Part shown: positions 1 to 8,156 of the stretch, piece after piece
Numbering within the stretch: the first letter of the stretch is position 1
Layout of the letters: each line of letters begins with the position of its first letter
Source of the DNA: an uncultured Pseudomonadales bacterium
GTDB lineage: Bacteria; Patescibacteriota; Microgenomatia; UBA1400; UBA12028
Assembly: GCA_964574065.1 (NCBI GenBank)
Contig: CAZNKS010000001.1
Span: 1-43,444, forward strand
Direction: 5' to 3'
DNA: 43,444 nt
Program-made: the position numbers and the translations under genes
The notes under the pieces: model-generated
Databases searched by the model: none
The model's input: the letters and a program-made list of their open reading frames with translations, nothing else
What the model was told of the DNA's origin: nothing

Positions 1-775
1 TTTGAGTACTTATGGGTTGCTCATTGTTATCATCATCGGTGATTTTCCATCCTGTAAGTGTCACGGAACTGTTAGTGCTGTTATATATCTCTATCCATTC
101 TTTTTCTCCTGTTGCAGCACACGCATATATTTCTGAGAGTTCTATTCCAGTTGGTTGGGTGGCGGGAGTGGGAGTTGGCGTTGCTGTGGGTGAGGATGTT
201 GGAGATGGAGTCGATGTCGGACTTGCTGTGGGTGATGGGGTGGGAGTAGGCGTTGGTGAAGGAGTTGGAGTAGGAAGAGCAATAAGTTTATTCTCTTGTC
301 CACCTGTTATGCTCGATGTTTGAATCCAACTCTGTCCTTGTTTAATCCAACTAACTGTATCATCAACAGCTGTGCATTTGTGAGTTTTTGAAGCATCAGA
401 TGAATATTCACTCGGGAATGTTTCCCAGACAAACCCAGTATTATCAATAAGTTTAACAGCAAATCCATTATCACTAAGGTTACTAGGAATAGAGATCTTA
501 AGATATCCCTCTTTACTAATACTTCCGGAAAGTGCGACATCTCCGTTAGAAGCATTTTTTTCTATTTTCCATCCACTAAGATCAACAGGAGCGGAGGACG
601 AATTGTAAATTTCTACCCAGTCTTTTTCTGTTGAACCAACTGGCTGGCATCCAACTATTTCTGATAATGTAATTCTTGCCCCAGCTCCTACAGGACTTGG
701 TGCTTGTGCCAATACTTTTGTTGAAAAGAGAAAGAGAAAAGTACAAATACCGCTGATAAATATCCGTCGTCGCAT
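1..775 (-). CDS. Secreted lamin-tail-domain (LTD) repeat protein, N-terminal part only. It runs off the window start and is absent from the ORF track because there is no stop codon in the window.
   Basis: Manual translation of the minus strand from the ATG at 775 gives MRRRIFISGICTFLFLFSTKVLAQA (signal peptide). This is followed by ...ITLSEIVGCQPVGSTEKDWVEIYNSSSAPVDLSGWKIEK..., a PT-rich linker (LPTPTPSPTPTPTPSPTASPTSTPSPTSSPTATPTPTP), and a second module IELSEIYACAATGEKEWIEIYNSTNSSVTLTGWKITDDD. The frame stays open to base 2. The EW[VI]EIYN...L[ST]GWK pattern is the LTD signature. Confidence 0.7.
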   Translation of the reverse strand, partial: MRRRIFISGICTFLFLFSTKVLAQAPSPVGAGARITLSEIVGCQPVGSTEKDWVEIYNSSSAPVDLSGWKIEKNASNGDVALSGSISKEGYLKISIPSNLSDNGFAVKLIDNTGFVWETFPSEYSSDASKTHKCTAVDDTVSWIKQGQSWIQTSSITGGQENKLIALPTPTPSPTPTPTPSPTASPTSTPSPTSSPTATPTPTPATQPTGIELSEIYACAATGEKEWIEIYNSTNSSVTLTGWKITDDDNNEQPISTQ

Positions 776-814
776 AAGGCTCGTGTGTAGTTAAGTGTGT
801 AGAATGCCACTCTT

Positions 815-2101
815 TTACACTTTTCTCAAGTAGTTAATATTAGAAATTTGGCTCGTGCGGTAGAAGCTTGAAAACTGCTTATCATATCCTTCAATCGGAT
901 CATGAATTGTATAGTTTCCTTTCTCTCCGCTTTTGATCACAATAAAGTGACCATCACGAGTCCCAATCCTCATGTGCGCGATGACGGGATTCTTTTTTAA
1001 CTCTTCATCAAGTTTGCTTTCCGAATAGGAGCTTCTCTCATATCGCCATCCACCTGGAGCAGGCCATGGTTGCAACATATAGGCGGTATTCGAAAAGAAA
1101 TAACTTGTGTTTCGTGCAATTGTAATCGGATTTACATCTTCGCCAAATTTTTTCTTCACCATGGCAGTACTACTGACTAAACACCCCACTTCCAAAATCC
1201 TGCCTTCATTCTTAGTCCCACAGCTGTTTCCGATACACACTCCTGCCCACCGCTCATCACGTTGGGAGAAAAACCATCCATCAGGGCTATTCTGTGGAGG
1301 CAAAACATTTGCCCCTCTGCTTTTCGCAAAGCTTGCAAACGAAGATAGTTCTGCTTCAGCTTGAGCCAGGAGCTTTTGATATGTACTTTCACTGTTCTTT
1401 GTGTCAGTAAGGAGTTTTTTCTTTGCAGCCTCTTGTGATTCCAAGTCTCTTTTTTGGGTTTCAAGCTTTGCCTTCAGGGTTTCAACTGATTTTTGTTTCT
1501 TCTCCTTTGAAATTTTTTGATTGTCATAGTCTATTTTTGTTTGCGTTGTTTTAGCAAGCAGACTTTGATAGTGGGCCTGCGTTAGTTGCATGTATTTGTA
1601 GCGTGTATACAAATCAGAAAAACTATGGCTAGAAAATAGGAGCTCGAAGGAGCCAATATCAGGTTGCTTGTACTCTGTTTGTGCTTCTTTTAAGAGTGCA
1701 GCAATGTAGGTATCCAAATTTTTTTCTTGGGTGGCGATCTTGCCTTCGAGTGATTCTATATCACGAGAAAGAAGTACGATTTCAAGTTCGGTTGCCTCAA
1801 CTTGTTTCTGTGTGAGTGTTTTTTTGTTGGTCAGGTATGAAATTGCGGATGAAAGCGTTTTGGCCTCACCCTGCAGCTGCGAGATTTTATTTTTGAGCTC
1901 TTCTATTTCTTTTTGTTTTTCTGCAATCTTATCCTGATTCACAGCTGGAGTTGGTGAGGGTGAAGGAGGAGGAGTTGGGTCTACTGCGTACGCTCCAACT
2001 GCAAAGAACATGACAAAAGTAAAAAAGAAAAACAATACGGTCAAAGTGGACCGTATGAGAAAAACGATGCTCGTCGATGTGTTTCGTTCTTTTTGTATCA
2101 T
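815..2101 (-). CDS. PcsB-like cell-wall hydrolase: N-terminal TM anchor, long coiled coil, and a C-terminal C39-like/CHAP-type cysteine peptidase domain
   Basis: 428-aa ORF immediately downstream of ftsE-ftsX on the same strand. It has a hydrophobic N-terminus, a PPPSPSP linker and heptad-rich K/E/Q/L sequence. The C-terminus reads WFFSQRDERW...EVGCLVSSTAMV...DGHFIVIKSG...IHDP, a Cys/His/Asp arrangement like Peptidase_C39_2/CHAP. Confidence 0.65.
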   Translation of the reverse strand: MIQKERNTSTSIVFLIRSTLTVLFFFFTFVMFFAVGAYAVDPTPPPSPSPTPAVNQDKIAEKQKEIEELKNKISQLQGEAKTLSSAISYLTNKKTLTQKQVEATELEIVLLSRDIESLEGKIATQEKNLDTYIAALLKEAQTEYKQPDIGSFELLFSSHSFSDLYTRYKYMQLTQAHYQSLLAKTTQTKIDYDNQKISKEKKQKSVETLKAKLETQKRDLESQEAAKKKLLTDTKNSESTYQKLLAQAEAELSSFASFAKSRGANVLPPQNSPDGWFFSQRDERWAGVCIGNSCGTKNEGRILEVGCLVSSTAMVKKKFGEDVNPITIARNTSYFFSNTAYMLQPWPAPGGWRYERSSYSESKLDEELKKNPVIAHMRIGTRDGHFIVIKSGEKGNYTIHDPIEGYDKQFSSFYRTSQISNINYLRKV

Positions 2102-2128
2102 TGTCTACAGCCTAATCTTTGTTCCCTT

Positions 2129-3007
2129 CTACAAACCTCGACGTACAAATCTCTTTACGGCTAGGAAACTTGAAACAATACCAATGAAAATTCCTGTCGT
2201 TGCACCAACAGCGAACATTCCTCCAAGGATTGTCCATGGTATGGGTAGTATATGGAGCTGTCCAAAGAATGAAATAAGCGTTGGAGTTAGATACAGTAGC
2301 ACGGTATAACTTGCGATCCAACCCAAAACTGCACCGTAGATACCATACAGCATTCCTTCATACACGAAGGGACCGCGGATATACCACATACTCGCACCCA
2401 ACAGTCGCATGATTGAAATCTCTGAGCGCTTCATTCCTACACGCAAACTCAAAATAACAAATGTTAGGAGGACTGTAATCACAACAAGAACACCAGTGAT
2501 AATCATGCCTCCGCTTCGAATCCGTTTAGTCCAAAGCGAAAGATTATCAATGACATCTTTTTGATACACAACTTCATCAACTCCAGGGACGGATTCTAAG
2601 TCAGTTTTGATTTTTTCGAGTGACTCAATGTCTTTGCTACTGACTTCCAAACTTGGTGGTAGTATTTCAGCCGTGACCAGTTCTAACAACAATGGATCTT
2701 TTTGGTTTTCTTCTTTAAAAATTTCCAAGGCTTCTTGTTTGGAAATGGCTTTCACAGAAGCTACATACTCTTTTTGTTCCATTGCCTGTTTGGCAGCTTG
2801 GAGTTGCTCATCTGTACTACTTACACTTAGATAGGCAATCACTTGAGGTCTAGTCTCAACATACTTTAACGCAAGATCGGCAGTGTAGAGCAAAATAGCA
2901 AATGAATACGCTACAAAAAATGTCAGCGTCATCATGATCGTAGCGACAAGAGCTTGGTAGGGGCTACGGCGCATATTGCGCACTGCCTGTTGGAGTGAAC
3001 GGAACAT
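2129..3007 (-). CDS. ftsX: Cell division ABC transporter permease FtsX
   Basis: 292 aa. The N-terminus is FtsX-like (MFRSLQQAVRNMRRSPYQALVATIMMTLTFF). There is a large extracytoplasmic loop and then 3 C-terminal TM segments. The start is 6 nt after the ftsE stop. Confidence 0.85.
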   Translation of the reverse strand: MFRSLQQAVRNMRRSPYQALVATIMMTLTFFVAYSFAILLYTADLALKYVETRPQVIAYLSVSSTDEQLQAAKQAMEQKEYVASVKAISKQEALEIFKEENQKDPLLLELVTAEILPPSLEVSSKDIESLEKIKTDLESVPGVDEVVYQKDVIDNLSLWTKRIRSGGMIITGVLVVITVLLTFVILSLRVGMKRSEISIMRLLGASMWYIRGPFVYEGMLYGIYGAVLGWIASYTVLLYLTPTLISFFGQLHILPIPWTILGGMFAVGATTGIFIGIVSSFLAVKRFVRRGL

Positions 3008-3012
3008 ACGTG

Positions 3013-3774
3013 TTATTTGTCCTCTTTTGTTGCTTTTTTCTTTTCCTTTGAATCTTCTTTTGATTTTGGTTTTTCTTCCTTCTCTTCTGTAGACTTCGTT
3101 TCTGCTTGTGGCTTTGGCGCATTTTTATCAACAACTCTGCCGTTTTGGAGTTCAATGACGCGCTTGTCGATTCGTTCAACCAACGACATGTTATGGGTTG
3201 CCATAATAATTGTGGTACCAAGCTCATTTATTTTTGCCAAAAGACGGACGATGGAGTATGCAGTTGCATCATCAAGATTTCCTGTTGGCTCATCAGCAAA
3301 CAACACTCGTGGAGCAGTTGCGAGTGCTCGAGCAATACACACACGCTGTGCTTCTCCTCCTGAGAGTTGGCTTGGGAACACATCAGCTTTATTGGGAAGG
3401 CCAATAAGTGTTAAGAGATCATTGGTTCGAGAAACGATCTCATCTTTTGGTTTTCCAATGATTTCTAATCCTAAGGCAATATTTTCTGCCACCGTTCGTT
3501 CGGGAAGAAGTTTGTAGTCTTGAAAGATGACACCAATTTTTCGGCGCAAGTTCACCACATCTCTCTGACGAAGTCTCCCAAATGAAAGCTCTTCAACGGT
3601 AATCGTTCCTTCATCAGGAGTCGTTTGATGGGTTAACAATCGCATGACTGTTGTCTTTCCTGTTCCGGATTTTCCAACCAAGAACACGAACTCTCCGGGA
3701 TTTACGTTAAACGTAACATCACCAAGAACTTCTTGTGATCCGTAGCGTTTTGTAACATTTGCGAAAGAAAGCAT
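3013..3774 (-). CDS. ftsE: Cell division ATP-binding protein FtsE, with a Lys/Glu-rich C-terminal tail
   Basis: Walker A GKSGTGKTT, ABC signature LSGGEAQR and Walker B LFADEPTGNLD. The ORF-track start at 3816 is a TTG. The ATG at 3774 (MLSFANVTKRYG) gives a canonical N-terminus. Confidence 0.9.
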   Translation of the reverse strand: MLSFANVTKRYGSQEVLGDVTFNVNPGEFVFLVGKSGTGKTTVMRLLTHQTTPDEGTITVEELSFGRLRQRDVVNLRRKIGVIFQDYKLLPERTVAENIALGLEIIGKPKDEIVSRTNDLLTLIGLPNKADVFPSQLSGGEAQRVCIARALATAPRVLFADEPTGNLDDATAYSIVRLLAKINELGTTIIMATHNMSLVERIDKRVIELQNGRVVDKNAPKPQAETKSTEEKEEKPKSKEDSKEKKKATKEDK

Positions 3775-3883
3775 ACAGTACACGATAGCAAAAAATAGCG
3801 TGTTTATGAAGACCAAAAAAAGGAAAACTAGAGATTAAACCTATGAAGCAGTACGTTGTTGGCAACTAGGACACAGCGTATCG

Positions 3884-4483
3884 TTATTCATCTTGCATGA
3901 GATCTTCAGCTGGTTTCTTGGCACCATCTGGGAGTTCTGCATTCAACTCCTTCACTTCCAAACGTCCGACATCCATTAACCAACCTGCTTTTTGTGCTTT
4001 AAATGTTTCACCGTATACCTTGACTTTGTGTCCTTCGTATTCCTTCAAATCCATGACTGAAGAGGTAAGATACACACTCTGTGAGACACCACCGGGTCGA
4101 ACGATGTGGTGGGATCCTTCACCACCAACTCCTCCGGCAACCAGAACTCCTTCAGCACTATCTTTAAAGGCACTTGCATCTTTTGCGCCAACAACTTGCC
4201 CCACTTTGACTGCAGGTGTAGTTTCCTCACTTGGCTGTTCGCCTTCAGATGTTGTAGTTTGAGTCACAACTGGTGCTGATTTGCTGGTCATTGATGCAGC
4301 CACATATCCAGTACCAATGCCTGCAAAAATGATGACAACTAGAAGAGGAAGAAAGATGTTTTGTTTTTTTGCCATACTATTTTCTTTCGCAAGGGTTTGT
4401 GCAAATGCATTGGATTGAGCCTTTGGCTGTGTTTGTAGCGCAGCTGGTGTCGGTTGGTTTTGTTCAAAAGAAATCTTTTCCAT
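3884..4483 (-). CDS. Hypothetical single-pass membrane-anchored protein
   Basis: ORF with one TM segment (IFLPLLVVIIFAGIGTGYVAA) and an extracytoplasmic domain of about 140 aa. The track start at 4624 is a TTG. ATG candidates lie at 4501, 4483 and 4375, so the start is uncertain. Confidence 0.5.
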   Translation of the reverse strand: MEKISFEQNQPTPAALQTQPKAQSNAFAQTLAKENSMAKKQNIFLPLLVVIIFAGIGTGYVAASMTSKSAPVVTQTTTSEGEQPSEETTPAVKVGQVVGAKDASAFKDSAEGVLVAGGVGGEGSHHIVRPGGVSQSVYLTSSVMDLKEYEGHKVKVYGETFKAQKAGWLMDVGRLEVKELNAELPDGAKKPAEDLMQDE

Positions 4484-4657
4484 ACCGATCCATCCTATCA
4501 TTTTCACAATGATATTGAAATATCGATTTATAACGCACAAAGCATTTGAAGCATCTGTATTTTCAGCACGCAGCGTCGCGTCTGGTTTCCAGACAGCTGT
4601 GAGTACTGCAGAATGCAGTTGCAAAAATGCGAGCTTAAAATAGTCAGCGCTTCATTG

Positions 4658-5752
4658 TTACAGTATTCGGACACAACTTTGTGTGAACATATCCAAATTC
4701 CCATCCAATACTGCCGTGGTATCTGAGGTTTCAACTTTCGTACGCGTGTCTTTCACCAAGTGATATGGATGAAGCACGTAGTTGCGAATTTGATTTCCCC
4801 ATCCTGCAATCTTGTGTTCACCTTTAATGTTTGCAAGTTCCTCCCCTCGTTTTTCTTCTTCCATTTGGGCAAGCTTACTCTTCAAAATAGAAAGCGCAGT
4901 TTTTTTATTTTGTTCTTGATAGCGCTCTTGTCTGCATTCCACGATTATGCCTGTGGGGATATGACGCAAAATAACTGCAGAGTTCACTTTGTTTACATTT
5001 TGTCCACCGTGTCCACCTGCCCGAGTAAACTGCCATTCCAAATCATCAGGTTTTACCTCAATCTCTTTATCATCCTCTTCAATCAGTGGCATGACTTCGA
5101 CTCCCACAAATGATGTTTGTCGAAGATTATCGGCATTGAAAGGAGAAAGTCGCACGAGTCTATGAGCTCCTCCTTCGTGTTTGAGCAAGCCATATACCAG
5201 GTCACCGTGGACAATATAGGTAACAGACTTTAAGCCTTCTTCGGCTCGTGATTCTTCAACTGTCTCCCACTTCCAGCCTTTACGTTCAAAGTATCTTGTG
5301 TACATACGTGACACAATACTTGCCCAGTCGCAAGCTTCGCTTCCACCTTGTCCTGCATGGATAGAAAATACCGCATCACGAGAATCGTATTTGCCAGAAA
5401 GAAAAGTTTGAATTTCTAGAGCATCCAGTTCCTGTTCAAGGGTCTGTACGGTTTGTGCGTATTCTGCTTCTAAAGCTGGATCATCTCCACTACCAATAAG
5501 TTCCTCAATACCTATGAGGTCAGAAAATTTTTTTTCAGTCTTGGCAATAACAGCAAGCACATTTTCAATTCGCGAAATTTCTTGACCGACAGTTTTCACC
5601 TTTGTTTGGTCATTCCAAAAATCTGGATTTTCGCGCTGAGAAGACAACTCTGCCAGTCGAGTTTGTTTTTCAGCTACCCCAAGCCTGTCTGAGATGGCAG
5701 AAAACTTAGCAGACAGCTCTTCTCTTTTGGTCGTTAATTCGTACGCAATCAT
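4658..5752 (-). CDS. prfB: Peptide chain release factor 2, a single uninterrupted frame
   Basis: SPF tripeptide (RLSPFNADN) and GGQ motif ([12 protein letters not shown]). The track start at 5782 is a TTG. The ATG at 5752 ([13 protein letters not shown]) gives about 364 aa, typical for RF2. Confidence 0.9.
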   Translation of the reverse strand: MIAYELTTKREELSAKFSAISDRLGVAEKQTRLAELSSQRENPDFWNDQTKVKTVGQEISRIENVLAVIAKTEKKFSDLIGIEELIGSGDDPALEAEYAQTVQTLEQELDALEIQTFLSGKYDSRDAVFSIHAGQGGSEACDWASIVSRMYTRYFERKGWKWETVEESRAEEGLKSVTYIVHGDLVYGLLKHEGGAHRLVRLSPFNADNLRQTSFVGVEVMPLIEEDDKEIEVKPDDLEWQFTRAGGHGGQNVNKVNSAVILRHIPTGIIVECRQERYQEQNKKTALSILKSKLAQMEEEKRGEELANIKGEHKIAGWGNQIRNYVLHPYHLVKDTRTKVETSDTTAVLDGNLDMFTQSCVRIL

Positions 5753-5802
5753 AGGAGTATTGTACAGCCAAAAAGCAAGCAATCAGAGGATAGACTCGAA
5801 AT

Positions 5803-5842
5803 CTATAGAGGAGTTTACGCCTACATGGAGTGGAAGGGTCAA
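5803..5842. repeat. Degenerate remnant of the cassette repeat (central module) at the prfB-proximal edge of the island
   Basis: ctatagaGGAGTTTACgCCTacatgGAGtGGAAGGGTCaa compared with the repeat core ATAGGAGTTTACCCTGAGCGAGGCCGAAGGGTCGG. It lies just downstream of the HEPN gene stop (5943), where a cassette-terminal repeat is expected. Confidence 0.45.
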
Positions 5843-5942
5843 CGATATTGCTCTACTGCCACGCGATCCCCGCTTTGGCGGTGGAAACACTTCTCCCGTG
5901 TGCTTGCGCTGCGGGAATAACCCATTTTCAGATAAGAACAAC

Positions 5943-6305
5943 TTATTGCCCCACCTTGCTTAATAGTTCTAAAAGTTGTTTTTTGAGCTGAGGTGCCTCT
6001 ATGGTGGCTGCTTGCCAAACAATCTCTGCATCGATATCCCAGTATTCGTGAGCCAATTTATTTCGCATGCCAATGATCTGGTTCCATGGGATATTGGGGT
6101 TCGAAGAACGAAATTCTTCTTCCAGGTGTGAACAAGCTTCTCCGACAATTTCCAAATTTCGTACAACCGCATCGTACATCATTTCATTTTTTGAAAATTT
6201 AGCTTGATCCGTATTTTCAAGATACTCATGAATCTTGGTAACGGCACCAATAATATGCTGAATGTATGGGCTAGGACTCTTTTGCATACACAATTTGAAG
6301 ATCAT
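5943..6305 (-). CDS. hepT: HEPN-domain (DUF86, HepT-like) toxin
   Basis: Rx4H motif in GMRNKLAHEYWDID. About 115-120 aa. The gene overlaps the 3' end of the upstream MNT gene. An alternative ATG is at 6287. Confidence 0.8.
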   Translation of the reverse strand: MIFKLCMQKSPSPYIQHIIGAVTKIHEYLENTDQAKFSKNEMMYDAVVRNLEIVGEACSHLEEEFRSSNPNIPWNQIIGMRNKLAHEYWDIDAEIVWQAATIEAPQLKKQLLELLSKVGQ

Positions 6306-6573
6306 CTTGGATATATGGTTTGATATATTTGCTCAGTCCCTGTCTAGTTACTAAATCAACTTTCACTCCCAAGGTATTACTTAGTTCTTGTTCTAAGCCT
6401 ATAAATTCTATGAGTCCTGGAGTTTTTTCAAATGAAACAAGCAAGTCAATATCACTTCCATGTTTTTGATCACCCCGAGAATATGAGCCATACAATGCCA
6501 TGTATGAAATACCATTATTCTTGGCAATCTGTTGAAGGGCTTGCTGATGTTTTTGGATTAACACTGGTAGCAT
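6271..6573 (-). CDS. mntA: Minimal nucleotidyltransferase (MNT-type) antitoxin
   Basis: LYGSYSRGDQKHGSDIDLLV contains the GSxxRG...DxD Pol-beta-type NTase motif. The ATG at 6573 (MLPVLIQKH) is preferred. The track's longer start at 6627 runs into the repeat. Confidence 0.8.
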   Translation of the reverse strand: MLPVLIQKHQQALQQIAKNNGISYMALYGSYSRGDQKHGSDIDLLVSFEKTPGLIEFIGLEQELSNTLGVKVDLVTRQGLSKYIKPYIQDDLQIVYAKES

Positions 6574-6605
6574 TTCTCTAGTATAACAAAAAAATTTGTA
6601 AGGGT

Positions 6606-6714
6606 GTTTACAAACTCTCAAAAACACGATAGGAGTTTACCCTGAGCGAGGCCGAAGGGTCGGATCTATGGAATGAAATAATAACTCACTTCCAGATCAA
6701 TAATCCTATAGTTT
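6606..6714 (-). repeat. Cassette repeat copy 1 (long form, 109 bp)
   Basis: GTTTACAAACTCTCAAAAACACGATAGGAGTTTACCCTGAGCGAGGCCGAAGGGTCGGATCTATGGAATGAAATAATAACTCACTTCCAGATCAATAATCCTATAGTTT. It lies between the stop of ORF 6734..7249 and the start of mntA. Confidence 0.95.
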
Positions 6715-6733
6715 GTTATGTTTTTGAGATCAA

Positions 6734-7249
6734 CTAAATTCTACGCGTTGCATTCCCTTGTTCCTCAGTTCTTATTTGTCCCTCATGTACATAATCCTTC
6801 AAAGGGACATACTCACCTTCTTTACCGACACAAATTCTAGCTCCCATTTCCTGAAGTAACTGACTGGTAAACACCTCATCAAACCCAGGAAACCTTACAA
6901 ACAACACCTCTCCTTGATATTTTCGCATATACTCCCAACTTGGAGGTCTTATTTGATGTCCATGCCCCTCATGACCCTTCATTTGATCGAAGTCAGAGTG
7001 ATAAACTAAAAGAAACGGTTGGAGTTTATTAAAAGTTTCCTCATTTAGATCAAGCTTAATTACACATGGTTTTGATTCACGATGAATTGTTGCTGCTTTT
7101 TTTGCATAGCTCCAGTTAACATCCTGATCCCAATCTAAGGAGAAAGATATCGGTCCTTCCACAAGGGTATTTGACATCAAAACTTGCTCAATAATCTCGC
7201 CATTCTTTCCTGTGTGTGTCCCTCTAGATAATGTTATTTTCTCTGCCAT
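6734..7249 (-). CDS. Hypothetical protein (171 aa) with a His-rich segment
   Basis: Clean ATG ORF that exactly fills the space between repeat copies 1 and 2. Contains MKGHEGHGHQIRPP. I recognise no family. Confidence 0.55.
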   Translation of the reverse strand: MAEKITLSRGTHTGKNGEIIEQVLMSNTLVEGPISFSLDWDQDVNWSYAKKAATIHRESKPCVIKLDLNEETFNKLQPFLLVYHSDFDQMKGHEGHGHQIRPPSWEYMRKYQGEVLFVRFPGFDEVFTSQLLQEMGARICVGKEGEYVPLKDYVHEGQIRTEEQGNATRRI

Positions 7250-7270
7250 ACGTTTAATTGTACCAGGACT

Positions 7271-7379
7271 GTTTACAAACTCTCAAAAACACGATAGGAG
7301 TTTACCCTGAGCGAGGCCGAAGGGTCGGATCTGTGGAATGAAATAATAACTCACTTCCAGACTAAAAGTCCCATAGTTT
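7271..7379 (-). repeat. Cassette repeat copy 2 (long form, 109 bp)
   Basis: The first 62 nt are identical to copies 1, 3 and 6. The 3' part diverges (..TTCCAGACTAAAAGTCCCATAGTTT). Its end overlaps the stop codon (7378-7380) of ORF 7378..8007. Confidence 0.95.
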
Positions 7380-8007
7380 ATAATGTGTAAATACCCTTAG
7401 TGATAAGTGATAACCCAAAGTGGTATTCAAGAGCCTCATGTACTCTTTCTACTACATCACTATTAACTTCATCCCAATTAACCAATTCTCCCGAGTCAAT
7501 AATTCGAACTTTCCCAGATTCATCTAACACAAATTCTGCTGTGCTTGGTGGCCAAAGTCGTAACTGTCTGAGTAAATTTTCAATTCTTTCAACTTCAGCT
7601 CTGCGGAATCCCTCATCGGCAACTTGTAGTTCACCTGGTTTAAAGTCTATAAACTCCATTTCTATAACAGCACACGAATCATCATTTTGGACACTAAAAA
7701 AACGAGCTGGCAATTCACCTAGTAGACTTTGGTTTCTAACCTCTCGTTCAAACGATTCCTTTCTAAAAGAGTCTAGTGGTTTTGGATACCAGCTTGTTGA
7801 ATCTGCAAATTTTGGCTTAAAAATTACCTTGTAAGCCTTACCTGTGGATTCTGATAAGAAAACTGATCCAACTTGTCCCCTACCAACAAAACTGAAAGGT
7901 CCTGCTTGAGGAAAGTGCTTTTGTAAGATAGTGATGGCGATCTTAAGATTTTCCGGAGAGAGAGTACTATCTTTTCCTCTCTCACCATATTTCGGTTTCT
8001 CAGGCAT
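7378..8007 (-). CDS. Small protein-kinase-like-fold protein, possibly a degenerate or pseudokinase (209 aa)
   Basis: G-loop-like VGRGQVGSVF, Lys candidate in AYKVIFK, Glu candidate in FEREVRNQ, hinge-like AVIEMEFID and DFG-like RIIDSGE. There is no recognisable HxD...N catalytic loop (PPSTAEFVLDESGKV instead). Confidence 0.35.
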   Translation of the reverse strand: MPEKPKYGERGKDSTLSPENLKIAITILQKHFPQAGPFSFVGRGQVGSVFLSESTGKAYKVIFKPKFADSTSWYPKPLDSFRKESFEREVRNQSLLGELPARFFSVQNDDSCAVIEMEFIDFKPGELQVADEGFRRAEVERIENLLRQLRLWPPSTAEFVLDESGKVRIIDSGELVNWDEVNSDVVERVHEALEYHFGLSLITKGIYTL

Positions 8008-8036
8008 ATAATTGATATCTTAACCCATGAAAGGTT

Positions 8037-8146
8037 GTTTACAAACTCTCAAAAACACGATAGGAGTTTACCCTGAGCGAGGCCGAAGGGTCGGATCTGT
8101 GGAATGAAATATTAACCGAGTTCCAGATAAATTAATCCTATAGTTT
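8037..8146 (-). repeat. Cassette repeat copy 3 (long form, 110 bp)
   Basis: The 62-nt core is identical. The hairpin stems ATCT/AGAT and GGAA/TTCC are retained although the loop differs (..AAATATTAACCGAG..). Confidence 0.95.
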
Positions 8147-8156
8147 TTTCTATCCT

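Noticed and set aside
12-323. 103-aa plus-strand ORF rich in GVGVG repeats
   Set aside because: It is the antisense reading of the PT-rich linker of the minus-strand LTD protein (1..775). That protein has a signal peptide and two recognisable domains, so the GV-rich ORF is a shadow ORF.
3017-3517. 166-aa plus-strand ORF inside ftsE. Similar shadow ORFs occur at 27954..28643 (+), 33436..33936 (-), 36393..36965 (-), 20059..20421 (-), 20789..21154 (-), 17160..17402 (-) and 7400..7834 (+).
   Set aside because: Each lies wholly antisense to an ORF with clear family motifs (FtsE, CAP, GAPDH, PEGA lipoprotein, RRM, cyclophilin and others). Their sequences are low complexity or Ser/Cys-rich, as is typical of antisense frames.
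5694-5963. 89-aa plus-strand ORF spanning the prfB-HEPN spacer
   Set aside because: It starts inside prfB on the opposite strand and crosses the degenerate repeat remnant. It has no SD or recognisable domain, so it is more likely non-coding spacer.
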